In this document: positions 1 to 13,339 of the stretch, piece after piece | Layout of the letters: each line of letters starts with the position of its first letter | Position numbering within the stretch: the stretch's first letter is position 1 | Made by a program: the position numbers and the translations under genes | The notes under the pieces: generated by a model | The model's input: the letters and a program-made list of their open reading frames with translations, nothing else | Told to the model about the DNA's origin: nothing | Databases searched by the model: none | NCBI GenBank assembly: GCA_965603825.1 | Contig: CBFDEM010000021.1 | Coordinates: 682,001 to 746,000, forward strand | Direction of reading: 5' to 3' | Length of the DNA stretch: 64,000 nucleotides | Source of the DNA: Blepharisma stoltei ATCC 30299 | Lineage: Eukaryota > Protista > Ciliophora

Positions 1-677
1 AATATGCAAGTAAAAGAGAAGCTACACCAAACTGCCAGAAAAATTGTGAAAATGATGCTTATAAAGGTGAAATAGAAATAAAACGCCAATTTGAGGAATT
101 AAAGGAGAAATATGATCGACTGAAGCTTCAAAATGATGAAATAAGCAAAGAAGTTTCATTTGAATATAGATATGGGGCAGATACTAAATATGCGAATAAA
201 TATAAACATTATGACCGCATCCATGAAAAGGAATTGAAAATAAGGGAAAACATCTGTGAAGAACTTGAAATGAATTTTAAGAAGCTTTTTGAAGATCAGT
301 CTTTTGAACTAGCTGATGTAGATGAAAGTAAAAGTATTGAAATTAATGAAGCAGCAAATTGTAACATTGAAGAAGGTGAAATTAATGATTTATCTTGCGA
401 TGAAGGTGTTGAAAAACGTTCTGTGCTTAAAACCAAATTCAAAAGAAAAAAAATCAAGCAAGCAATAGAATGTCGCGCATTTAAAGACATAAGAAGTATA
501 TCAGAATTAGATTTTTCAATAAAATCAGCAGCCTTTCAAGATGGAAAGCAATTATGCCAGATTAAGCTAAGAAAAAATGATATAAAAGAAGCAGACAAGA
601 CAAAGTCATTTAAAAAGGGAAAAAATAAAGTTAGAGATGACAATCCAATATTTATATTGGTCGAAGGATTTATTTAG
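1..677 (+). CDS. 3' part of a hypothetical protein (5'-truncated by window edge)
   Basis: Frame is open from base 3 to TAG at 675-677; E/K-rich, no recognisable motif. Confidence 0.6.
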   Translation, partial: YASKREATPNCQKNCENDAYKGEIEIKRQFEELKEKYDRLKLQNDEISKEVSFEYRYGADTKYANKYKHYDRIHEKELKIRENICEELEMNFKKLFEDQSFELADVDESKSIEINEAANCNIEEGEINDLSCDEGVEKRSVLKTKFKRKKIKQAIECRAFKDIRSISELDFSIKSAAFQDGKQLCQIKLRKNDIKEADKTKSFKKGKNKVRDDNPIFILVEGFI

Positions 678-756
678 CTATAAAATATGTTAATTAAAAT
701 AAATCATATTAATTAATTGCGCACATTTTTGACCAAAAATAATTGTAACTTATTAA

Positions 757-3700
757 TTATGCTAAAGTTACAAATGGCATCATCGTTATTTTTCTATGCT
801 CTCTTGAATAAAGATCTAAGTTCCATATCTGAGCTTTCTCTTTGTTCAATGCATATATAACTGTTTCTTCTCCTTTTGGTAGGCACATTGCCATAACCGT
901 TGACTTCACATCTTTATAAACTTTCATATCGTCAAAAATGCTACAAAATCCTATGCTTTCAGTCCCTCCAGTGATTAAGTATTCTCCAGACTGATTAAAT
1001 TGTATGCTTCAAATCAGATCACTTTTCACTGTCAAAGTATTTGCAATTTCTCCATTCAGATAATAAAGTAGTATTTTATTTTCTTCGCTTATTGCTGATG
1101 CAATGATTCCGAGCTCGCTAATCGCAATTGCCTTCGGCGGTGTTTGACTTGTTTTTAAGAAAGATCTTAAACAGTCAGCAGACCGAATGTCATGCATTAA
1201 AATAGTCCCATTAGAAGATAACGACACTAATATTTGATAACTGGCTGATGCAGAAATTTGTCTTATTCCTACAGTATGTCCTAAGAAGATTCTTCTGGGT
1301 TTCACAAATTTTTGGTTTTTCCCCATATGTCCCCACGAGCATATTGAAGTATCTAAGCTTCCAGTAAATAAATAGTCATCAGTGCTTGTTACACATGTCA
1401 CTAATCCTGCATGATGATGGACTGACTCTATTAAATTTCCTTTCAGGCCATGTATTTTAAATGAGTTGTCAATATGAAATCCTGAAATTATGTATTTTTC
1501 GCCCCACATGCAGTATTGATGAGGCCCTCTGTCAAGTATAACGCGCGAATCATCATTATTGAAGGTATGCTTCCATTGCGGCTCTTCTTTCCAATTTTCC
1601 AAGTTTAAATCTCTTGCAGCTTCTAAAATGTAATCTTGGTAGCTTGATGGATAATCCAACCTCATTTCGCCTATTTCTTTTTTAAAGCCAATTCTAAATA
1701 CTGAAATAGTCCCATTTCCAGTCAGTTTTATTCCAATTATTGCGTTCAATGTAGAAAATAAAGCAAAAATTTTCCCAGAAAATTCAATAGGCTTTGAATT
1801 ATCTATTTCCATTTTTTGGCCCATGGCTTTAGAAAACACAGAAACTTGTTTAAATTCTTGATCCTTTTTAGGGTGCTGAGTTTTAAAAAGCTGTACCGGA
1901 GTTTGGCCAAAATGAACGACTTGCTCTATTATAGGAAGAATTGATTCCATTGATTCACATCTTTCTAGAAGCCTTTGGACTGTTTCCTCATAAGATGTAT
2001 AATAAAATTTGTTCAAGGCGAGCTCTGCTTGCACACCTCTTTGTTTGAAGCCAAAAATTAAATCAATTCAATGGTTGAGGTTCTGGCTGACATAGTCAGA
2101 TTCTAAGGCTTGCCTATGTATTCTGATAAAATTAAGAGGGGAGCCTTTTGCCCAAATAGGGAGAGCTACACTTGTGATGGGTTCTTCTTTGCCTTGCTGC
2201 GTTCCTAAATCTATTTTATTGATATTAATAAGCATTTCTGGAAGATAAAACAACTCTGGAATCATTTCTTTGACGTCTCCAGAGACATTTTGTGAGGTCT
2301 CTCATGATGCTTGGATTGAGTAAAACAGTCTATCTGCGCAGTCAAATTTCCCGCCTTGTAAAGCTATTGCTTGATCTGTGAAAGGTTGAAGTCGAACTAA
2401 ATAGTGCACAACAACCCCAGCGCTTGAATAATGCGAGCCATAATGAAATGGCCTTACAATATCATCTTCTTCCCAGTTGCTGTATTTCCTTGCTAATTCT
2501 ACTTGAGCTTCTTTTGTTTGAGCTCCAATTGGGAACTTTAGATCTCTAAAAGTGACTTCTTCATCAGAAAAATCTAAAACTTCAGACTCAAAATCTTTAA
2601 TGAGCCATGGAAATACAGGATACTGGTTGATATCATTAAATGAGCGACTTGCCAATTTATTTAAGACTGTGAGATACTCGAAGTTGCTTAATTTTCCCAA
2701 TTTCCATGCCTTTGTGTACTTTTGGGCATATTTTTGATCAATTTTTTCGACAACATGAACTCCGTGTTTTTTCCACGCCTTCATTTCTTTTAAGCACTCT
2801 TCTCTTTTATCATTTTCAAACAAATTCAGCAGACAGGATTTTCCTGATCTGAAAAACACTTCAATTGCTGTATGCCTATGAATGACTCTCCTTGGCAAAA
2901 CTTCACTTATTTCATCGACTGACCATATTTGCTTGCATTTCTTTTTGTACCTCGAGAACTGAAGAACTGATGCAAAATACTCGTCAGCCTGCGGATTTTC
3001 CTCACCTTCACTTGTAAAAAGCATTCAGGTATTGGACACCTCAAGAGACCCAATGTAGTTTCCTTTAATTTTTATTCGTTCGCATGGGAATTTAACAGCT
3101 AACTTTGAAGTGCTTTCTTCCAAAATGATTTCTTCGTCAACTTCTTCCTCAATTGTTTCTGGAAGAGGGCTGCTTTCTGACTCCTCTTCAGCTGTCGTGG
3201 CTGTGGTTGATGGGTATAAAATTGCGCTGTCTATGCTGTTTTTTCTTTCGTCATCTTTTAATAGAACCGAGCACTCTCTTGCCATTTCTTGAGTGATTTG
3301 TGATGTCATTGTTGCTGTTGACGAAGAGGAACGGACAATTGAAATCCTTGGCTCATCATCTATAGCTTGCAGCAGAGGCATCCTTCCGAATTTATCTAGA
3401 GAAGACCTTATTTTATATTTGAGTTCTGACTTGGAGTTTATTAATTTCAATTCTTTGTATTTCTTGGTAAAGTCGTGGTATTTCTTTGTCAACAAAAGTT
3501 TGTTCCTCTCTAAGCATTGTTCATGAATATGCTGCTTATTTCTTAGCTCACTCACCTGACTGATGATACCTAAATGTGAAGCATCTCTGGAGTTTCGTTT
3601 CTCATATATAGCAGAGTTGAATTCATAATTAACAGCTGAAGAAATTATGTTCAGCTTCATAGATGTTAAAGCAAGCATGATTAAATGCACACTGTTAATT

Positions 3701-6700
3701 CATACAGACGACAGTAAAAGATCTTTTAGGCTCGACTCAGAATCTTTAGCTTGCTTGAGTGTATCTCCCATCATTCTGCATTTTTCCTTAAAGATTTCTA
3801 AGCTTATCTCTCCTTCGCTTGGGCAGACATAAGATGATTGGTTTTTGCTTCCTTTATATCTTGATCTGCAAGTCCCATAGAACTCAGAAGAATGCTCCAT
3901 AAAGAAATCTGGAAATCCCAGCATCTCTTCATCAGTCAGATGGCTTGCCATATTTTTAATCACGTTTCAAGCTTCAACACTTTTAATAAATTCTTTCAAA
4001 AAAGTAAGTAAAGGCTGACTGCCGTCATTATTTAGCAATTCTACGCATTCAGAAATTATGTAGATTACTAAGAAATCGACTGTATAAAATCAGTCAGTTT
4101 CCAATGCAAACCTCGAGTAAATTCCGATTTTGCAGTCAAAAGAATCATAAAGAATCTTTTCTCATTCCTGACTTGAAATGGGATTTAGAATCAAAAAAGG
4201 ATCATGAGGAGACCCTTCGCCTTTTAGTAATAACGATAGCTCATCTATTAGTTCTTGGTCTTGACATATATCAAGGCCAACTAGAATAAGCTTCAAAATC
4301 AACCTCAAAAACCCTCCTTCTCTGCCAGAAACATCTCATATGCAGATGCTTCTATCTTTGACTTCATGACAAATTGTTTTTTGGATTGTCAATGATATCT
4401 TAGGGATATAAGGGAATGTGCAGCAGGTTAAGCCAAGTTCTTTTCCAATAGTTATCAGCGTCTTCAAAATTTTATAATATAAATGCTTGTTAATATTTCC
4501 TTGAGCTGTGAGTTCTGGATTCAATAAATCTTCAAAAATGCAGGAAAACCCAATAAAACTGTTCAGATTTCCCTTAAAAACTTCGCGAGTAATCCCTGAT
4601 TCTAATATTTTTTCATATATCTCAATGGAGCTGGATATTTCGTTATTAATTCTGGCGACTTCTAACAAAAACTCTCGAAGCTTATTCCAGTTATAAAAAC
4701 TTGATTCGCTGGTAAAAAGAACAACTATTATTTCCTCAAAAACTTTGCTTTGAGATAATTCCTTATAAATTTGAGTCAGCCAATTCGGGAAATTGCTGCT
4801 TTCACATAGAATTGAGTTAAAATTGGGGATTTCAGCTGAAAGGCTTATCAGTTCAGAAAGTATCATTTCCTTTTCTGGGCTCAAGGGGATTCTTTTGGTA
4901 ATCAAGCTTACAAGTTTCAATAATCTTTCTTGAACTTCTGCTGAATGGGATTTCAATAACTCAAATGCAGCTTTGCAACTGCTATAATTGATTCCATATA
5001 AAGATTCATCCAGCTCTGTAAATAAATTATCTAGGTTTCTCAAGTCACCTTCTCGACTGTAATCTTCAATAAATCTAAGCAAAACGCGGAAAGCTAAGCA
5101 TTGCAAGTTAGTATCCTTTTTTTCTTCATTGATTATATAAAAAATAACACTCGAAATATCAAAAGTGCATTTCTTCGCTATTTTTATTTCCCGTAATATT
5201 GTAAGAAGTTTGCCAAGCAGTTCTAATTTTTTATCATTTTTCATATTGTAAATCAAAATTAAAATTCCTTCAATGTGCCCTTCTTCAATTTCTTTTGGTA
5301 AGAGTTTTTCAAGCAATTCATGGCAGCTTTCTGAAAAGTTTTCATACATCGGTGAATTATCAAGAGCAGATAGATGGCTATATACAGAAATGACATCATC
5401 AAGCTTACATTGGTAATACTTCGAAATATAAAGTGATAAAGTTCCTAGATAGTTTTCTTGGTAAATTGCAGGAAGTTTTTCTCATAGCACTTTACTGAAG
5501 AAGAGACTTTTTAAAGCTTGCTGCTGATAATGGGTGTTTCACTCTAGCTTTCCAATGACTCTTTTTATTGCTTCTAAAAGTTCTTCAGTCGGCTCTCTTA
5601 CAGACTCTTCAATCACCATTCCTAATAAATCCAAAAATTCAGAAGTAATGATACTGTCTAGTGTTTGTGCTTGGCATATGCAGCTTATCATATTGATTAT
5701 CAAAATTGCAGCCTTAGTATTTTCAGCACACTCTTTAATAAGTGGCAAAAATATGTTTAACCCTCCATTGGCAGCAACAGCTTCTAATATAGTCACGCCA
5801 TTGAAAATCTCGCAATCGTGCCTAACATCAACAAATTTCGCACCATAAAATTCAGGATGATGGCATCTAGGGTCTCATTGAAAAGTTTTGGACTGCCAAA
5901 CTTCTTTAAGAATCCCTGGGTTAACTTCAAAGTTTTCAGACGTGGAAACTGCATCAGGATTAAATCCCAATGTATATTGGAAAGAAAGATTATAAATCTG
6001 CGTGAAGTGCTTTTCCTGAAGACATTTGCTTGTCATATAAATTGTAGTCATTTTCCCATAATAGGGCTTATCAGAGGTATTATTATTACCGCATGTAAGC
6101 ACATCAAAAGTATCTTTTGGATAAGATTTCCTGCCTTCAGGAATTCTCTCGCATAACTCACTATTTACTAGAATATCAATTTCACACTTCTTGGAAAACC
6201 TTGCACCTTGACGAATTGAAAATCCAACTAAATTCCATTGATGGTCAGTAATTCTTCGCGTGCTTCCAAGCTTGAATTTATCCTTATATTCTAAATACAA
6301 AAAGCCATCTTCTATGTGCAGAGAGAGCTTGCTGTCACCCTCTTTTTGAGAAAATTGCAATAAGCAGGAGTCAGTTTCAAGGCTATCCGGATAAATTCAT
6401 ACAAAAAGAGAAAATTCTTTTTTTGAAATAAATGAAGCCCTGTCCATATTGTAGCATATCATTTTGCTTTTAGGGAATCTAAAGCAAAAATATCGAGTCG
6501 GGGAAAGCCCCAAATGATTTTTTTCAAATTTTATATGGTCGATATTGCAAAAAGCTCCATCAATTCCTCTGTACAAACTTTGATACATCATAATTTGCTT
6601 TTCTGGTTGGCCAACAAAAGACTGTGCCACATCGATAATTTTCCTCAGCTCTTGAGGAGTAATATGATGGCAAATAACCATTGATAAGACATCTTCTATA

Positions 6701-9156
6701 TAGTTTAAATTCGAGCTGCTCTCATTTTTTTCTAAAATATGAAGGAGGATATCTGTGGTTCTCCTGCTTGCAAAGTGGGCTTTATCAACGTCATCAATAA
6801 GCACATGCTCAATATAGTTCATAAGATTTTGTATTTCTTCAGTCAATTCAATGTCGAATAAAAGTTCAATTACTAGAGGTATGACTTCTGGTGTCATAAC
6901 ACGATGCCCACTTTCTTCACTGAGATTTTTAGTTTCAAATAATATATAAAAGAGACTCTCATATGACCTCAAGCATATGTCTTTTCTTATTGAATTATAG
7001 CTTGGCTTCATGATTGTATTTGTGATCATGTTGAAATCAAACTCATTGATTCGCTTCTTTGACCTTGGGTTATTTTCTATCAAAAATCTGACACACTCAA
7101 TTACGTTCGCCCATAGTTCTCCGACCATTTCTTTTGGATACTTTGAGTAATCATTGGTAAGTTTGACTTTTAGAGTTCTCAAGGTGCTTGCTTTACAAAA
7201 GTATTTTTGGCTTCTTTGTTTTGTCGAAGAGTCTTTGAGCACTTCTTGGATGGTTGAAAGGAACTTGAGGAGGATATTAATGTCGATGACTCTATTCAAA
7301 TGGTTTTCAAACACTAAATATGCTTTTTTATTTTTAAATTTCAGAATTCGTGAAACACATGAAAGGCATAAGTCAAGTGTATTTGGGTTAGCTAAAAGTT
7401 TCTCTTGAAGCATTAAATCAAGTAAGCTGTCTGCGTTTGGAAATTTATCTTGTGGGTAATTTTCCACCATCATTTTTATTATGCAGAATAATAGAGTCAC
7501 TTGGTCAGTGTTTTCATTGGTCGTGCTGATTTGGACGATAATGTTCAAGATTTGTTCAATTAAACCATTTTTAATTCCAATCTCCATAAATTTTTCGTTT
7601 TCTTTTTCAGAAAACTGAGCTTGAATCCATTCATTCATTTTGATTATATAAGCAATATTACTTTGGTTTTCTTTCATGTGGCTTACTATAGATGCTGAAA
7701 TCCAATCTAAGTTATTTTGATTCCCGATTAAGTTGCTTCAAATAATGTCTCAGTTATTTCCAGCAATTTCTGCTAGCCCAAGAGGGTCATCATTTGCAGG
7801 ATAGTCAATTTTAAAGAAAGGCTGAGAAAAAAGAAAGCTTATAAGTCCAAAGTCTTTTACGTTTAGAAACTTAGATTGAAACTTGTTTTTTCCTAAATTT
7901 TCGAGGTATTTTCTTAAAAATTGCAAAGTGTAAGCTTGGAGCTGAGGAGGATGAGACCTTAATTCTTGAGCTATTTCCTAAATAAGCCTTACTTGCTGTC
8001 CAATTAATGAAAAAAGAACTATAGGCAGTCCTTCTAAATTACTGTTTGTTATGCTGCTTGATAAAATATCACTTGAGTTGATGCATGTGCATATAAGCTC
8101 AAATACCAAGTTATAAAAAATTCCCAAATACCCATCTTCCTCTTCAAAGAACTGAGATTTCACCGAAAAGAAATGCTTCATGTAAGTAGCAATATAGTAA
8201 TAAAATATGGCTTTGATTTTTTCTTCATTTTCATGCAGTATCCTATTTTGGTCGGCTTTTCCAGCCTGATGCAAAATAGTTGATAAAATCTTCGTTGCGT
8301 AAATTGATTTGTGCAGTGCCAACTCTGCTTCAACTGTATTCCTTGTATTTTTAAAGTCATCAATATGCAGTATAAAATTTAATAGTGAGGGTATTATTGA
8401 TACAATTTCTTCTTTCATTACCAAATTAGCATTAATTTTTGCAAAATTATTTAGTGCAAATAATATAAATGTAATCAAGTCCATATGTCTGGTTTTTGGC
8501 ATTTTCTTCAACAGTTTTTCAGTGACAAAATCTATTTCGTAAATTTTCAATCCAAAGTCATGGCGTCGGGACTCAGTAATCAGCTCATTTAAATGAGTCG
8601 CAAAAACAGAAAAAACGTTTTGCAAGCTTTTTCCAGAGCGTTTTGTTTTATTCTCTCTAATACACAAAATTTCTAGCTGGAGGCTGATTAAGTTTGTAAG
8701 GATATCTGTAGACTCAGAATCAGCGATTTCTCCGAACATAAATTTGAGATTGGAACAGAAATCGCTGATTTTTTGTATAGATTTGTGTTTAAGCTTCAAT
8801 TCCTTATGAAAAACCAAAAATTTAAGCAACTGAAAAATAGGAATAAGATGATTGGAAAGAGTTTCCAAGATAGTTATGGCATCGTTTTTTGAAAATGATG
8901 CAGATTGAGGGAATGAACTTGTGATTCCATTGGAAAGGGCAGACATAAGCTCGTCCATAAATTTTGCTGGAAATTTGCAGCTTTCGGGATCCATTTGACT
9001 GATTTCACGATTGCAAATCCTAGCTAAGTTGGAGAAAGAGGCAATATTTGGGTTTGAGTCAGCATTAAATGCTTGTCAGGCTCGACTGGATTCTTCCAAC
9101 TCCTCGAATTTCATTGAATTAGATCTAATTAAGAGAGAATTCCTAGTTGTAGCCAT
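757..9156 (-). CDS. BEACH-domain protein (ConA-like, PH, BEACH, WD40), ~2794 aa; one intron 7978-7992
   Basis: Ten same-frame ORF fragments are joined by TGA=Trp and one intron. Motifs seen: [49 protein letters not shown](TGA)[15 protein letters not shown], then WD40 repeats. ATG at 9156, TAA at 757-759. Confidence 0.92.
7978..7992 (-). other. 15-nt spliceosomal intron (gtaaggcttatttag)
   Basis: GT..AG with A at -6; removes the only in-frame TAG of the BEACH gene. Confidence 0.88.
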
Positions 9157-9437
9157 TTTATTAAGCATCATCAAACTTCATGTTGAAAATTAGTTTAATT
9201 TATGCCAAAGCTCATGATGCTTTTAAATTGCTTTAGATTATAATTTTTTCTTTAAAACTTTTATATAATCTAAATTTATCTAATTTTAAATATCATCTAA
9301 AAATAATTTTTATTCGGCTTGAAACTGAATTTGATTTTTTTCCTCTAGATGTGACTATAAAGATAGTAAAGTTATTCATCTTTCACAGTTTATAATTATT
9401 TTTCCTTAAAATCCAAAAATCAATCAATTTAAAATTT

Positions 9438-10406
9438 TTAAAGATTAACACTTAAGTTTGGAGATCTGCTAGGACTTGAGAACTGAGATGGGCCAATTGT
9501 TGAATTCATTAAAAGCATTTTTTCATTCAGCACATTCAATCCAACTCTTGAACTAATCTGCTGCATAAATAAAGGCAAAGGAGATGTGCTATCAGGCCTG
9601 GATACCATAAGATTAAAGTTTGGAGAATTTACTCGCTTTTCAACCATCCCATACTTTACATGATAATTTCTAGTGCTTGTGAGATGATTCAGCAATATTG
9701 GCTTATGAGGAATATAATTCTCGAATTTCACAGCCTGGCCTGGGCTTTTTGTAACTAATTTGTAATTCGGTTGATAGTCTGGGGAGTATTCAGCAAGCTT
9801 TAAGTACTCATATTCTCTAGGTCTAGATTTAGATATATTTGGTGTTGTTGATCTTTTATATTTGCTGCTTTGTTCTGGCATGCTATCGAATAGTTCAAAC
9901 CTTTTTTCATTAACATCTGTTGTTAGCTTCGTAAAATCAGCTCTTGCTATTTGCTTTTCAAACAAGATTGGTGTCTGAATATGCTTAGTTTGGCTGTCCA
10001 TTGATGAGTTAAGGCTTTCTTCTTTCATTGTCTTAGGAATTTTAGACGACGTCCTAGGCCTCTCGCCAAAATTAACTTGCCGTTGTGATTTTTCAACTAA
10101 ATCATATTTTAAGTTGTAATGCCCGCAAGGTGGGGCAGAACTTCTAAGCGAAGTTGATTTATAGAAATCTTGACGAGTTTGAGAGAGAAATGCATAGCTT
10201 CTTCGAGGAGATGGAGATGATGAATTTTCTCTTGCTGTTTGTGTACTAATCAGCTTCATTATATTTTCTGGGGACAGTTGCTTTTTCCTGAAATGAATGG
10301 GAGAGTGCTTAGGAGATATTTTTCTTGTTTTTCCTGACACAATCTCATCTTTGTATTTAAGAATGTAAAATCTTTCATTGCTTACTTTTCCAAATTTGCT
10401 AAACAT
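9438..10406 (-). CDS. Hypothetical protein with P-x-x-x-Y motifs (weak resemblance to SHIPPO/STPG-type ciliary proteins)
   Basis: 322-aa ORF ending TAA; motifs APPCGHY and SPDYQPNY. Confidence 0.6.
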   Translation of the reverse strand: MFSKFGKVSNERFYILKYKDEIVSGKTRKISPKHSPIHFRKKQLSPENIMKLISTQTARENSSSPSPRRSYAFLSQTRQDFYKSTSLRSSAPPCGHYNLKYDLVEKSQRQVNFGERPRTSSKIPKTMKEESLNSSMDSQTKHIQTPILFEKQIARADFTKLTTDVNEKRFELFDSMPEQSSKYKRSTTPNISKSRPREYEYLKLAEYSPDYQPNYKLVTKSPGQAVKFENYIPHKPILLNHLTSTRNYHVKYGMVEKRVNSPNFNLMVSRPDSTSPLPLFMQQISSRVGLNVLNEKMLLMNSTIGPSQFSSPSRSPNLSVNL

Positions 10407-10601
10407 GTGTAAATTAATTATGAAAAATTACTCTAAATAAAGAAGTTGCTACAGATTTTAAGTTAATAAAAATACTTAGCTAATTTAATGACCTTACATG
10501 GCTCTTCTTTATAGAATTTTATGACTGAGATAAGTAATTGCGTTTAATTTATATTTCTTTATTTAAATAACGATAAATTTAAGCATTGAGTCAAACTAAT
10601 T

Positions 10602-10646
10602 ATTTGATTAGCTATCATATATTTGATTGACTATCATATATTTGAT
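10602..10646. repeat. 19-bp imperfect tandem repeat, ~2.4 copies
   Basis: atttgattagctatcatat / atttgattgactatcatat / atttgat. Confidence 0.75.
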
Positions 10647-10718
10647 ATGAGATTCTATTTTTTTTAAAGATAATTTAATTTATGTTGGCCCTTTACAATT
10701 TCAAATGAATAAATTATT

Positions 10719-11339
10719 TTATCAGCAGCAATTTTTTTTCTGATTGCCTTCTTTATTTGAAATTTTTTCACCTCCTTGCTTTTCTCCTCTGTCATTTTTA
10801 ATCATTTTCATTGCAAGGACATCAAATAGCTTATCAACTTGAAATGGTTCTTTGGCGCTTGTTTCAATATAGTCCATTTTATATTTTACAGCTTTTCTTT
10901 CTCCTTCAGCAGTTTCTACAACAGGATGGCTATCACTTTTATTGCCTACTAGGATTTTTATAGGATTTTGAGAGGCATATTTATCGACTTCGTTGATCCA
11001 GCCATCCACATGTTCAAATGATTCTCTATCTGATTTATCAAAAACAACAACAACGCCATCAGAGCCTCTATAATACCCATTTATAACTGTTCTGAATCTT
11101 TCTTGGCCTGCTGTGTCTCACTGAGTAAATTTTACAATTTGAAGCTTTACATGGGAATCATCAATATAGACATCAGTAAGCTTAAAATCAACACCGATTG
11201 TTGAGAGGTAATTATCTTTGAAGACTTTTTCTGAGTGTCTTAAGAGAAGAGATGATTTCCCAACGTGAGAGTCTCCAATTAGAACTACCTTGAAGAGGTA
11301 GTGACTAAATGAGAATTACTTTTCTGGTCTTGCTTCCAT
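10719..11339 (-). CDS. Rab GTPase, Rab1-like; introns 11305-11319 and 11121-11135
   Basis: YLFKVVLIGDSHVGKS, STIGVDFK, KLQI|(TGA)DTAGQERF, GNKSD, ETSAK; C-terminal CC followed by TGA TAA. Confidence 0.92.
11121..11135 (-). other. 15-nt intron (gtaaaatttactcag)
   Basis: Removal restores KLQIWDTAGQE; A at -6; contains no in-frame stop. Confidence 0.88.
11305..11319 (-). other. 15-nt intron (gtaattctcatttag)
   Basis: Phase 2; contains in-frame TAA; joins MEARPEN to HYLFKVV. Confidence 0.88.
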
Positions 11340-11711
11340 TTATACAAAAAATTAATAAGAGTGATAAGTAAATTTTAACATAAATACAGCTAAATAATCA
11401 TGGAGTAGAAGATATCAATTTACTCCTCTATTTAGGAGACAAAAAAAGGAATTTAAATGGCGGCTTTAATAAATAATTATTAAATTAAAAAATTCAGATC
11501 TAGACTAGTTGCCAAAGCTTACATTATTATAATAAATTTTTATTTTAACGTAAGATATTTGCTTAAAATTCTCACAAATGAGGCATTAAAATAATATAAA
11601 TGGCCACATAAATTTAATATTTGCTATCTTCCTAATGTTTTAGGATTATTTCAGTATTATCCATAGCTTTATGGGATATATTGTTGGTCAATCTTTATTA
11701 ATTTTTAATTT

Positions 11712-12287
11712 ATGGAAAACTATACTCCAATTGGGCCATATAAATCTGCTTATTTGAGGAGAATCGATTTGAGCTTAAAAGAAAAGCCTACTGAGCACAG
11801 CAGACAAGTATCGTTTTCCAAGATTTTTAAAGATTTATTTGAAGATCAAGGAAGTTCGATAAAAAATCTACATAAAAAGCCAGATTTACCTCGGCATCAA
11901 AGTGTCCCAAAATATGCAACTGTTAAAGATCTATCATCATCTTTTCGCATTCGAGACAGTCCCCGAGAAGGTAAAAAAAATCCTAAAGCTTTTTCTCCAA
12001 GTAAGTTGGAGCTAGAAGCTAATAAATCTTTAATACTTAGTTCGTCTTATACGAAGGTAAGTTTTGGCAAGAAAACTCCTATGTTTCCAAATGAAAGAAA
12101 AGAATCACCGATAAGTTTGTCAACCAAAAGAATTAAACTATTAAAACTTGAGCTTTTTCAGGACTCCAACAATCAAAATTCAAAAAGTTTTATTAAAGAA
12201 AGTTACAATATGAATACTCCAAAATATCATATTAAGCTGCCAAGGCTCATCGGAATCTCTCCGCGATTTAAATTGAGAAATTTGTAA
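11712..12287 (+). CDS. Hypothetical basic protein
   Basis: 191-aa ATG-TAA ORF in AT-rich context. Confidence 0.65.
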   Translation: MENYTPIGPYKSAYLRRIDLSLKEKPTEHSRQVSFSKIFKDLFEDQGSSIKNLHKKPDLPRHQSVPKYATVKDLSSSFRIRDSPREGKKNPKAFSPSKLELEANKSLILSSSYTKVSFGKKTPMFPNERKESPISLSTKRIKLLKLELFQDSNNQNSKSFIKESYNMNTPKYHIKLPRLIGISPRFKLRNL

Positions 12288-12328
12288 AGCTAAATTTTAG
12301 CTTTTAATAAATCCATATAATAATTAAA

Positions 12329-12961
12329 ATGCAGACTGAAGGATTACTGAAGATACAAATCTCGCCAGAGCCGCTTTATAAATTCTTTAAAAGCGATTCT
12401 AAAGCTTCTGGAGACTTTGAGTTTGAGAAGATCTTGGCATATCGCGATAATCCACTCTTAGAAGAGTTGGAAGAACTAAGAGCTGAGCTTGAGATCATGA
12501 CTGAAGATCGTGAAAGGGTAAGGAAGTTCAATGAGCAGCTTTTGAATAAAAGCAGAGGAAATGGAGAATTAATTCAAAGATTGCACTTTGAATTGCTGCT
12601 AAAAGTAAACGCAAAGAATGAAGATGAAAAAATCAAAATTTATAAAGAACTATATGAAGTCAAGAAAAAATTAGCTGAAAAAGAAAAAATTTTGGAATCG
12701 ATGAGGAGCATATTGGGAGGTCAATCTAAGCCTGAAAGTTTTGTAAGTGAGAAAAAACAGACATTGCATAAAAAGTCAGCAAGCTTGTGCGGAAATGAAA
12801 AATTGCTTGAAAGGAAACTAGGCTGTGGCAATAAAGCAACTCAGAATGGCTTTAATTTTTCAAGTAATCAAAGAAAATTTACATCATCAGGAATAAGATC
12901 TGGAATGAAAATTACTTTGCATTCTGCCCGAAATTCCCCATCCCCAAACAGATTAATGTAA
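12329..12961 (+). CDS. Hypothetical coiled-coil protein
   Basis: 210-aa ATG-TAA ORF with heptad-like E/K/L segments. Confidence 0.65.
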   Translation: MQTEGLLKIQISPEPLYKFFKSDSKASGDFEFEKILAYRDNPLLEELEELRAELEIMTEDRERVRKFNEQLLNKSRGNGELIQRLHFELLLKVNAKNEDEKIKIYKELYEVKKKLAEKEKILESMRSILGGQSKPESFVSEKKQTLHKKSASLCGNEKLLERKLGCGNKATQNGFNFSSNQRKFTSSGIRSGMKITLHSARNSPSPNRLM

Positions 12962-13339
12962 TCATAAAAATAAATTAGGCAATTAATCTAATCAATTAGT
13001 ATTTCTGTTCACTTCCAAATGTACAAATATGCTTCAAGAGTTACGGTACAATTTAATAATTTTTTGATTTCTTTTAAGTATAAAATTGATACTTTTTATT
13101 TATTGAGAACTTGTGAGTAATTCTTTCAAATATTATGGTGTTTTTTGTTTAGAAAATTTATCCTTTTAAAGATCTAATTATGCTTATTTTTCAGTGTAAT
13201 GCAATATATATACACCATGATTCATTTCTTTTATATTTCTTTCTGATTAATTTCAAAAATCTTAAATTCCATTCTTCTCCGCATAATAAGCTAAGAAAAT
13301 TAGGCATCAATATTAATTATTGAAAGCTGCCGATCAATA

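Noticed and set aside
757-9156. Apparent pseudogene or cluster of small genes in the ORF track
   Set aside because: All breaks are in-frame TGA plus one 15-nt intron, giving a single intact BEACH gene.
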